Source: a virus
Taxonomy: Duplodnaviria > Caudoviricetes
Direction: 5' to 3' (one strand)
DNA length: 37,760 bases
Virus record (IMG/VR): IMGVR_UViG_3300050147_000055
Coordinates: 1-37,760 of that record
In this document: piece after piece, positions 1 through 7,157 of the stretch
Layout: each line of letters starts with the position of its first letter
Position numbering within the stretch: position 1 is the stretch's first letter
Program-made: the position numbers and the translations under genes
Notes under the pieces: generated by a model
The model's database searches: none
What the model was told of the DNA's origin: nothing
The model's input: the letters and a program-made list of their open reading frames with translations, nothing else

Positions 1-125
1 GCGTGTGATGCATGTCCGCAAAACGGGGATGGGGTTTGTTGTGGGGGTGTCGTGTGAGCAAAGAATTTATTTTGGTCATGTCGATCATGATCAGCCTGTT
101 GATTGGTCTCTACGGTGCCGAATCA
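1..125. repeat. Terminal direct repeat, left copy (circular overlap)
   Basis: 1-125 equals 37636-37760 except G114 vs A37749. Confidence 0.97.
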
Positions 126-206
126 GACATCAAACGCGATTGTGATCGTCTTGGGCGTGTTGTTTTGCTTAACCAGTCGTTTGAGTGCAAGGCGGTGGCG
201 AAATGA
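54..206 (+). CDS. Small membrane protein
   Basis: GTG overlaps the deaminase stop (GTGA) across the circular join; hydrophobic N-terminus FILVMSIMISLLIGLY. Confidence 0.65.
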   Translation: MSKEFILVMSIMISLLIGLYGAESDIKRDCDRLGRVVLLNQSFECKAVAK

Positions 207-400
207 ACGTCATCACATTGAACGAACGCCAAACTGCCGAACTCGAGTCATACAACCATGTGTGCGTGTGGGTGCCAACACCCCATGCGCCGGTGGTTGA
301 TCAGGTTGTTATAGCAGGCGGCCTTGAGTGCCGTGTGTTGGGGGTCGAGCCTGAGAGTCTGGGGCAATCGTTGGTCAGTCTGGGGATGCACACATCATGA
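203..400 (+). CDS. Hypothetical protein
   Basis: ATGA coupling at both ends. Confidence 0.65.
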   Translation: MNVITLNERQTAELESYNHVCVWVPTPHAPVVDQVVIAGGLECRVLGVEPESLGQSLVSLGMHTS

Positions 401-999
401 GCAGTCATCAACATTTGCCAGCCACAAACAGCATGAGTTTGGCCGAAGCCCGTGAAAGTGGCTTGCTTGATTTGTGGCATTGCAGACGAGCCAATAAAAA
501 CAACGTCAAGGGGTTTAAAAACCGTCATCGTCATCACAGTGCCGTAGGTCACGAGACCTTGAGTGATAGCGCCAAGCCAAAGATTTTGCAGGGGCAGGTG
601 GTCACGTTGATTTTGCCGTGGTCGCCAAGCATCAATCACTATTGGGAGCGGTCGCATGATGGTGGGATGCACATCGGCAAGGCTGGCAAGCGGTACATCG
701 CGCGGATTGCTGAATTGGTCATGGCTAATCGTTTGGCTGGGCTGATTGGGGATGCTGCTGTATCTGTTGCGCTCGTGTTGTCACCACCGGACACCAAGCT
801 GATATACGACGCTGACAACTACCACAAGGCACTGTTTGACTCGCTGACAAAAGCAGGGGTGTGGGTTGATGACAGTCAGATCAAGCAGATTTTTACAGTG
901 CTGGGTGATCCGGTTAAGCATGGATCCATCGAGATGGCTGTGCGCTTACATGCAAGCAGATCGTACAGTGCTGCGCAATTGCTGGAGCTAATCGCATGA
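397..999 (+). CDS. rusA: RusA-family Holliday junction resolvase with N-terminal extension
   Basis: LPWSPSINHYW, DADNYHKALFDSL and VWVDDSQI motifs. Confidence 0.9.
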   Translation: MSSHQHLPATNSMSLAEARESGLLDLWHCRRANKNNVKGFKNRHRHHSAVGHETLSDSAKPKILQGQVVTLILPWSPSINHYWERSHDGGMHIGKAGKRYIARIAELVMANRLAGLIGDAAVSVALVLSPPDTKLIYDADNYHKALFDSLTKAGVWVDDSQIKQIFTVLGDPVKHGSIEMAVRLHASRSYSAAQLLELIA

Positions 1000-1244
1000 C
1001 TGCCCAGCTTTCGATTTTCCCGCGTGTCTATGAGCATTATCGTCCGGTCGATTGGTTCCGCGTCATCGCTGATCTTAGTGCTGTGGGATTTGGTCAGCAC
1101 GCGATTAGTCGAGAGCTGCATGTGTCATCTAACACGGTGTGGGCTTGGTACAACTGCGTATCGTCGCCAAATGCGGCCAGTGCTGAGATGCTGACGATCT
1201 TGCATAGTCAAATTGTGGGGGGGGTGATTCCGAGGGTGAGATAG
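996..1244 (+). CDS. HTH protein, candidate late-gene activator
   Basis: VDWFRVIADL..G...ISRELHVSSNTVWAW HTH pattern; last gene of the rightward early operon (Q-like position). Confidence 0.65.
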   Translation: MTAQLSIFPRVYEHYRPVDWFRVIADLSAVGFGQHAISRELHVSSNTVWAWYNCVSSPNAASAEMLTILHSQIVGGVIPRVR

Positions 1245-1277
1245 CTGCGGACAGGCGATCTAAAATGTCTTGCTGAT

Positions 1278-1308
1278 AAAAACCCCGCACTAGCGGGGTT
1301 TGTTTTTT
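1278..1308. terminator. Bidirectional intrinsic terminator
   Basis: AAAAACCCCGC-ACTA-GCGGGGTTTGTTTTTT between convergent genes. Confidence 0.85.
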
Positions 1309-1313
1309 ATTCG

Positions 1314-1859
1314 TCAAAGCTTACCGGTATGCCGCGAGGGCTTGACGGTGTCTCTGATTATATTGTTGAGTCGGTCATTGTTTGCTGCGACAAGTGCGAG
1401 CATGTCAGCAACGTGGCCGATGTTTGGCTTTAACTGGCCGCTGTCCCATCGCTGGACGGTTAGGCGGCTAATACCCAGCGCGTCAGCAAGCGGGCTTTTC
1501 CAATCACGCCCGTACAATGCTTTCCCAATCTCGCGCACATCCTCTGGTGTGATGTTTAGGTATTTGGACTCTAGCGCGTCAAAGTGATACCAGCCGCGCC
1601 AAAAATCGCCTTGCTTGATCATTGATACGCCGTCTTTAAGCCGCTCAAGCTCTGACAGATCGACGCGGTTTAGCATCTCACCCCATACCTGCTTATCATG
1701 CAAGCCGTTACTCATGGCGTATTTATGCAGGTTGCCAAGGCCGGTAATTGGCTTGACGCACAGCAGGGTGATGATGTTGGTCGGGATAGACTCAGTGATT
1801 GGCATTTGCTTTTGCACAGAGCGGGCAATCATGCCGAGTTGGTATAGTGGGTTGCTCAT
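1314..1859 (-). CDS. Two-domain protein: Cas8c-CTD/Cas11c-like N-terminal domain plus C-terminal HTH
   Basis: GGAG RBS before ATG 1859; HTH SPLADALGISRLTVQRWDSG; N-domain YQLG...QGDFWRGWYH. Confidence 0.7.
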   Translation of the reverse strand: MSNPLYQLGMIARSVQKQMPITESIPTNIITLLCVKPITGLGNLHKYAMSNGLHDKQVWGEMLNRVDLSELERLKDGVSMIKQGDFWRGWYHFDALESKYLNITPEDVREIGKALYGRDWKSPLADALGISRLTVQRWDSGQLKPNIGHVADMLALVAANNDRLNNIIRDTVKPSRHTGKL

Positions 1860-1895
1860 ATCTTGCTCCAAAGTTGCCCCCGAAGGGGCTTGGGA

Positions 1896-2090
1896 TTACC
1901 AGTTGCGGATGATTGTCTTGATGCGGCGCTTGGTCATGCGGCCTTTTAACTCTTTGCCGCCTTTAAACATCGACGCCATTGTTTCGCCGAGTTTGTTTAC
2001 AGTCATCGGGTGGTGATAGATAGGCTCATGGATCACAAACCCGCTTGCTTGTGCAACGCGATCCGCTGCTTTACTGCATACTTTGCTCAT
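1896..2090 (-). CDS. Small basic hypothetical protein
   Basis: ATGA overlap with upstream gene. Confidence 0.65.
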   Translation of the reverse strand: MSKVCSKAADRVAQASGFVIHEPIYHHPMTVNKLGETMASMFKGGKELKGRMTKRRIKTIIRNW

Positions 2091-2455
2091 GCTGTTAACC
2101 CCATTGCTTGAGTGATTGCCGCCATTACTTGGCGACCGGCTGTTACGTCTGTTGTGCGCAGGTTGATGCTGGCGTAAAAATCAGCAGGCATTGCTTGTGC
2201 GTACATTTCAAAAGCGTTTTTTTGTGCGGTGTTTGCGTCGCTTTGTTTTGTTTTGGTTGCTGCAAAAGCAAACAGGCTGTCTATGGCTTGCAGGCACACC
2301 ATTTTGTTGCGGGTTTCGTTGGCTGGGACGCGATATTTGCTACCAGCAATGATCATGCGCAGCGATGCTGCAAAAGTGACTTGGTAGCTGTCGCCTGCTT
2401 TGTTTACGAGTTTGGTTAGCGCGTGGGCTGCTTTGAAAATCTCTGACTTGGTCAT
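2087..2455 (-). CDS. Hypothetical protein, N-terminal paralogue of 3003-3392
   Basis: MTKSEIFKAAHALTK..GDSYQVTFAASLR. Confidence 0.8.
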   Translation of the reverse strand: MTKSEIFKAAHALTKLVNKAGDSYQVTFAASLRMIIAGSKYRVPANETRNKMVCLQAIDSLFAFAATKTKQSDANTAQKNAFEMYAQAMPADFYASINLRTTDVTAGRQVMAAITQAMGLTA

Positions 2456-2507
2456 GGTCTGTCTCACAGTAATTTGACTGTCGCCTAGTGCGTCGGTCTA
2501 TGTCTGT

Positions 2508-2536
2508 ATTATGATACACATATGTATCGTTGTAAA
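2508..2536 (-). promoter_or_regulatory. Leftward sigma70 promoter with palindromic operator
   Basis: TTTACA-17bp-CATAAT on the minus strand; palindrome GATACA-CATA-TGTATC at 2513-2528. Confidence 0.75.
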
Positions 2537-2555
2537 TAGAGTGGACCAACTATTT

Positions 2556-2573
2556 TCTACCGTTCGTCGGCTC
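2556..2573 (-). repeat. 18-bp motif, left copy (inverted repeat of 2883-2900)
   Basis: TCTACCGTTCGTCGGCTC is the exact reverse complement of GAGCCGACGAACGGTAGA. Confidence 0.95.
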
Positions 2574-2601
2574 ACAAATCCGGCTGTGCAAAGAGGACGG
2601 C

Positions 2602-2868
2602 ATGTCTCTGTCCGACATCGCTGAGAAATTTGAAATTCCACGCGCTACGGCACAATCCATCTGCAACTACACGCGTCGAGCAGCTACGCCCGACCGCATT
2701 CGTGGTGTCGATGCTGACGCCATGTTTGTGACAGCCAAGATCAATCTGTCTGTACAGCATGAGCCACGGCGGCTTGAGGTGTTGGGGCGGCTGGCGCTGG
2801 TGCATGGCAGCATTGCGGCGGCTATACGCTACATGATCGACACGATTGATCAGACTGGTGGCGCGTGA
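2602..2868 (+). CDS. HTH protein, probably 5'-truncated
   Basis: MSLSDIAEKFEIPRATAQSIC HTH; frame continues upstream as QIRLCKEDG without a start codon. Confidence 0.6.
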   Translation: MSLSDIAEKFEIPRATAQSICNYTRRAATPDRIRGVDADAMFVTAKINLSVQHEPRRLEVLGRLALVHGSIAAAIRYMIDTIDQTGGA

Positions 2869-2882
2869 TAAGAGCGGGTTGC

Positions 2883-2900
2883 GAGCCGACGAACGGTAGA
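2883..2900 (+). repeat. 18-bp motif, right copy
   Basis: GAGCCGACGAACGGTAGA. Confidence 0.95.
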
Positions 2901-2920
2901 TAAATATCATGTGGTCACCA

Positions 2921-2948
2921 TTGCAAAGTATACCATTTGGTATACAAT
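2921..2948 (+). promoter_or_regulatory. Rightward sigma70 promoter with palindromic operator
   Basis: TTGCAA-16bp-TACAAT; perfect palindrome GTATACCA-TT-TGGTATAC at 2928-2945. Confidence 0.75.
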
Positions 2949-3002
2949 GAGGACATACCGGAGCGATTAGCGCAAACGGATGATCCCAAGGGGACACGCA
3001 AA

Positions 3003-3392
3003 ATGAACATGAGCAAAAAAATGATTTTCGGCATCGCACATGCACGGGCAAAACGCGTACACATTAAAGGCGATAGCTACCAAGTGACTTTTGGTTCTGC
3101 GTTGCGCAACTTGTACAAAGAACTAAAACGCCAAGCATTTAGTCATCCAAAGCTGCGCACATGGCAGTCAAAAGACGCCGTACACTGCCGCGCCTACCCA
3201 GATTGTGATTACACCTTTGCTGTAGCCATGCAAAAACATGGCATTGCTTGCAAATCCGCATGGGTCAACGTTGACAGCGGCGCAATTGAGTTTGATGGTC
3301 TGCGCAAATACGGCAAAAATGGCTTTGACGGATCGGACGCAGAAATGCAAACGCTGGCAATCAGTTTTTTTAAACAATGGCTTGCAGACTAA
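3003..3392 (+). CDS. Hypothetical protein, N-terminal paralogue of 2087-2455
   Basis: AAGGGG RBS; MSKKMIFGIAHARAK..GDSYQVTFGSALR. Confidence 0.8.
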   Translation: MNMSKKMIFGIAHARAKRVHIKGDSYQVTFGSALRNLYKELKRQAFSHPKLRTWQSKDAVHCRAYPDCDYTFAVAMQKHGIACKSAWVNVDSGAIEFDGLRKYGKNGFDGSDAEMQTLAISFFKQWLAD

Positions 3393-3404
3393 AAGGGGAT
3401 TGGC

Positions 3405-3710
3405 ATGAAGTTGAGCATGACTAAAGATGATGCCATCCGCATGATTGAGATCATCGGTGGGACGCGCAAAGCCGCAAGCATGATCAAAAACCGAAATGGG
3501 CAGCCTATGGCGCACCCAAACCTGTCAAAGGCGGTCAACGGCGAAGCGGAGGATATAATCGCAGAATGGCTTGCGCAGCAGTTGCTTGATGTTGCCAACG
3601 AGAAAATCGCAGAAGATTCAGCGTATATATTTGCGCGTTGGTCGGCTGTTGTTGATGCGCAGATTGAAGAACGGGAAAGTCAGCAGCCTTTAGACCCACT
3701 TGACTACTGA
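3405..3710 (+). CDS. Putative HTH regulator
   Basis: AAGGGG RBS; Cro-like pattern IEIIGGTRKAASMI...HPNLSKAVNG. Confidence 0.6.
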   Translation: MKLSMTKDDAIRMIEIIGGTRKAASMIKNRNGQPMAHPNLSKAVNGEAEDIIAEWLAQQLLDVANEKIAEDSAYIFARWSAVVDAQIEERESQQPLDPLDY

Positions 3711-3735
3711 AACACCAACCAAGGGAGTATTTATC

Positions 3736-4020
3736 ATGCCAAATCTAGTAACAACAGTCACCACACCGGCGCTGCGCGCTAACGTGATCGGCGAAAAGAA
3801 GTCGTATTTGATCGCTGTACACTTTGACCGCTTTGATGATGACACCGTGCGCGTTTATGCGGTATCGGGCCACAACGGCGAAGAAATGAAAGCGATTCGC
3901 CAACGCAAGATCACCCGCGCCCGTTTGCAGGCATTGCCAGATGATGCGCTTGATCCGCTAGTTTTTGCCGAAGCCGCATTCGATTTGCTTGATATTGAAA
4001 TCACCGGACGCGAAGCATAA
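3736..4020 (+). CDS. Hypothetical protein
   Basis: AAGGGAG RBS before ATG 3736; followed by terminator. Confidence 0.7.
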   Translation: MPNLVTTVTTPALRANVIGEKKSYLIAVHFDRFDDDTVRVYAVSGHNGEEMKAIRQRKITRARLQALPDDALDPLVFAEAAFDLLDIEITGREA

Positions 4021-4031
4021 TCAGCCACCAG

Positions 4032-4054
4032 ACGCCCATTAACGTGGGCGTTTT
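4032..4054 (+). terminator. Intrinsic terminator
   Basis: ACGCCCA-TTAACG-TGGGCGT-TTT. Confidence 0.7.
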
Positions 4055-4148
4055 ATAATCTTTAACAGGTATTTATTATGGCAACATCAATCACACGCAG
4101 TGCCAGCTCACATCCCTCGCGCGCACGCGCGTTTTACATGCCAAAAAT

Positions 4149-4182
4149 CACCCAAAAAACAGGATTAGGCAGTAAGCACACT
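4149..4182 (+). promoter_or_regulatory. Putative late promoter 1
   Basis: CACCCAAAAAACAGGAT-11bp-CACACT; matches 20094-20127. Confidence 0.7.
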
Positions 4183-4211
4183 CTTGAGATCAGGTATCAA
4201 TAGAGTGTGAT

Positions 4212-4478
4212 ATGGCCGCACGCAAGCCACAGACCCCCGGCAATCCCATCGACCCAACAGTTGCGCCCGCACCGGAGCGACAGGCTGGCCTTGAAGTCTT
4301 GACAGCGATCATGTCTCAGCCAGCAGATCCCGCGTCCGAATTGGCTGCGGCACTGGCGCGAGTGGCAGCCCTTGAAGCCGAAAACGCAGCATTGCAACAG
4401 CCCACCAATAATGCGGTCGGCGCGGGCAAACCTGTACGTCACGGCGCACGCTTGACTGATGCAGGGTGGATCGTATGA
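4212..4478 (+). CDS. Hypothetical protein (first late gene, short coiled coil)
   Basis: ORF after late promoter; ATGA coupling to next gene. Confidence 0.75.
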   Translation: MAARKPQTPGNPIDPTVAPAPERQAGLEVLTAIMSQPADPASELAAALARVAALEAENAALQQPTNNAVGAGKPVRHGARLTDAGWIV

Positions 4479-5275
4479 GCATCACTAGCACAACAACGGG
4501 CGCAGGCGTCGTCGTTGGTCTCGAGCAAGACCCGCAACAGCTTGGCTTGCAGGCTCGTGATTTTGGGCTTGATGTGGCCGCCGGTAACTACGCAGGTCTG
4601 ACGGGTGGTCGAGCCTTTGGGTTTAATCCAGCTACACCTACAACTCAAGAGATGATCTGGGCTGAGTCAGGCACAGCATATCCATGGCCTAGTGCCGCAT
4701 CTGTACGCACGGTCTCGTCATCGAGTGCACTGGATACAGCAGCAGGGACGGGCGCACGGACTGTGCAGATCGTTGGGCTTGATGCGTCATTCAACGTCAT
4801 TACCGAGGTTGTGACGCTGAATGGCATCACAGCAGTCACCACGGTCAACGCGTACTACCGCATCAACGACTTTGCTGTACTGACCGCAGGCACGGGCGGT
4901 ACTAATGCGGGCATTGTGTATGTCGGGTCGGGGACGGTCACACTTGGCAAGCCTGCAACTGTTCTTTTTTCGATTGACACTGGCATGGGTGGTGGCTTGC
5001 AGGCGATGTACACCGTTCCGGCAGGTAAAAAGCTATACCTTGCGTCATTCCTGCTGTCGTTTTCTGCGGCAGGTATTTTGTATTTGTGGGCGCGAGCAAA
5101 TGGCTCGGTCTTCCGTGTGCTGGGTCGATTCCCCGCGCCTGCTTTTGCACTATCCATCCCTCTTAACTACAAAACTCCTGTGCCTGCTGGTACTGACATC
5201 TATCTTTCGGCGGCGGCTGTCACAGGCACGATTATCGCGTCCGCTCGCTTCGAGTTTTTTTTAGGAGACGCTTAA
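4475..5275 (+). CDS. Putative virion structural/decoration protein
   Basis: Gly/Thr/Ala-rich, beta-rich; located in head operon. Confidence 0.6.
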   Translation: MSITSTTTGAGVVVGLEQDPQQLGLQARDFGLDVAAGNYAGLTGGRAFGFNPATPTTQEMIWAESGTAYPWPSAASVRTVSSSSALDTAAGTGARTVQIVGLDASFNVITEVVTLNGITAVTTVNAYYRINDFAVLTAGTGGTNAGIVYVGSGTVTLGKPATVLFSIDTGMGGGLQAMYTVPAGKKLYLASFLLSFSAAGILYLWARANGSVFRVLGRFPAPAFALSIPLNYKTPVPAGTDIYLSAAAVTGTIIASARFEFFLGDA

Positions 5276-5556
5276 TGTGCGGTGCACCCAAGGCTGTTAA
5301 ATCCGATCCCGAAGGCGATGCATTAGTTGCTGCTGCCAAGGCCACCAAGGCAGCCAATGCTGATGCCGCTGCGCGTAAGCTGCGCGTCGGTCGTGACAAG
5401 GTTGGGTCTGCGCTGGGCAATTCGCCACAGGGCTTGGTGTCTAAAAACCAAGGCCAGCAAGATACGGCGCTGAGCAAGAGCCGCGGTGGTCTGGTGGCTA
5501 CAGTCACGTCCGCGCTTGGTAAAGCTGTGCAAGACGCACGGGTGCGCAACGCATGA
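5275..5556 (+). CDS. Small pre-portal protein (T7 gp7.3-like position)
   Basis: MCGAPK start, basic and Ala-rich, immediately before portal. Confidence 0.6.
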   Translation: MCGAPKAVKSDPEGDALVAAAKATKAANADAAARKLRVGRDKVGSALGNSPQGLVSKNQGQQDTALSKSRGGLVATVTSALGKAVQDARVRNA

Positions 5557-7157
5557 ATACACAAGCACTCGTCAAGCGACTGCATCAACTCAAGTCTGAG
5601 CGTCAGACTCATGAGTCGCACTGGTCTGAGTGCTATCGCTACGGCTGTCCTGAGCGTCTGCAATCGTTTAGCGGAGATATTCCCGACCGCAAGCAAGCGC
5701 GGCGTGAGTTGCTCGACAGTACGGCTGCGGCGTCGGTGCAGTTGCTTGTGTCGTCAATCATGAGCGGCACAACACCACCTAACAGCCTGTGGTTTCAGGC
5801 GGTGCCGGATGGCAAGGATGAGGACGAGACAACGCAGGACGATGCAGAGCGGTGGCTTGAGTCTGCTGCAAATTTTGTGTGGAGAAATATCCATGGCAGC
5901 AACTTTGACAGCGAAGCGTTTGAAGCCACTACAGATGGCGTTGTTGCGGGCTGGCTGTGTCTGTATATCGACGTTGATCGCCAGCGCGGTGGGTATGTGT
6001 TTGATGCATGGCCTATCGGTGGGTGCTATATCGCGTCATCCCGTGCTGATGGACGCATCGACACCATCTATCGTGAGCATGAGCTAACAGCCCAACAGGT
6101 CGTTGATGCATACGGAGACACAGCGAGCGAGCGTGTGCGGCGCTTGGCTGAGTCATCGCCAGATAGCAAAGTGCGCATCCTGCATGTCATACAGCCACGG
6201 TCAGAGCCACACGGTGTGATCGACAAGGCGTTGCCCTTTGCGTCGTACCACGTCGAGATTGAGGGCGGCCATATGCTCAAGGAGTCGGGCTATCACGAGT
6301 TTCCGTGTGCTGTAGCACGGTGGCGCTGTATTCCCCATAGCCCATATGCCCAAGGCCAAATGTCGCTGGCATTGCCTGATGCCAAGACCGCTAACAAGTT
6401 GGTTGAGTTGACTCTGCAAGCGGGCGATTTGGCAATTGGCGGCATGTGGATTGCTGAGGATGACGGCGTGCTGAATCCCGCCACAGTCCGCATTGGTCCG
6501 CGTCGGGTGATTGTGGCCAACAGCGTGGATTCCATGAAGCCGCTCACGTCCGGATCAAACTTTGAAGTCGCCGAATGGATGCTGAACAAGACACATCAAT
6601 CCATCCGCTCAAACCTGATGGCCGATCAACTGCAACCGGCTGACGGTCCAGCAATGACCGCGACAGAGGTGCATGTGCGTGTTGATCTGATTCGCCAGCA
6701 GCTTGGGCCTGTGTATGGCCGTTGGCAGTCTGAGTATCTGATCCCGATTGTTGAGCGGTGCTTTGGTCTAGCTATGCGTGCCGGTGTGTTGGGTCAGCCG
6801 CCTGATTCATTGCGTGACAAAAACGTCAGCATCAAATTCTTGTCCCCCTTAGCGCGGGCGCAGCGTCTTGAGGAGGTTGTGGCCATCGAGCGATTCAGTG
6901 CAGGCGTAGCAAACATGGCGCAGGCAAACCCCGACATCCTCGACAACATCGACTTTGATGCAGCCACACAGATTTACGGCAAAGGCTTAGGCGTTCCGGC
7001 GTCGATCATGCGCAGTGCTGATGATCGCAGCAAGTACCGCGACGACAAGCAACAGGCTGCACAACAGGCTGCGCAGCAACAACAGGCCATGCAGCTACAA
7101 CAGCAGGCAGGGCAGGCGGCCATTGATACCGTGGCACAAAAAGCGGTGGCGCAATGA
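5553..7157 (+). CDS. Portal protein (head-tail connector, T7 gp8/Bbp21-like)
   Basis: 534 aa; ESGYHEFP, MTATEV, LGPVYGR, SPLARAQ motifs; Q-rich tail. Confidence 0.93.
   Translation: MNTQALVKRLHQLKSERQTHESHWSECYRYGCPERLQSFSGDIPDRKQARRELLDSTAAASVQLLVSSIMSGTTPPNSLWFQAVPDGKDEDETTQDDAERWLESAANFVWRNIHGSNFDSEAFEATTDGVVAGWLCLYIDVDRQRGGYVFDAWPIGGCYIASSRADGRIDTIYREHELTAQQVVDAYGDTASERVRRLAESSPDSKVRILHVIQPRSEPHGVIDKALPFASYHVEIEGGHMLKESGYHEFPCAVARWRCIPHSPYAQGQMSLALPDAKTANKLVELTLQAGDLAIGGMWIAEDDGVLNPATVRIGPRRVIVANSVDSMKPLTSGSNFEVAEWMLNKTHQSIRSNLMADQLQPADGPAMTATEVHVRVDLIRQQLGPVYGRWQSEYLIPIVERCFGLAMRAGVLGQPPDSLRDKNVSIKFLSPLARAQRLEEVVAIERFSAGVANMAQANPDILDNIDFDAATQIYGKGLGVPASIMRSADDRSKYRDDKQQAAQQAAQQQQAMQLQQQAGQAAIDTVAQKAVAQ

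Noticed and set aside
1873-1902. Solitary type I-C CRISPR repeat (Racr) call
   Set aside because: Antisense to the cassette transcript, lacks the GAAAC end, and GC tetraloop hairpins are common; kept only as a hairpin observation.
2556-2900. IS/MITE bounded by 18-bp terminal inverted repeats
   Set aside because: No transposase or invertase and no evident target duplication; fixed spacing to outward promoters explains the repeats better.
7050-7115. CAG/CAA repeats
   Set aside because: Encode the ordinary Gln/Ala-rich portal C-terminus.
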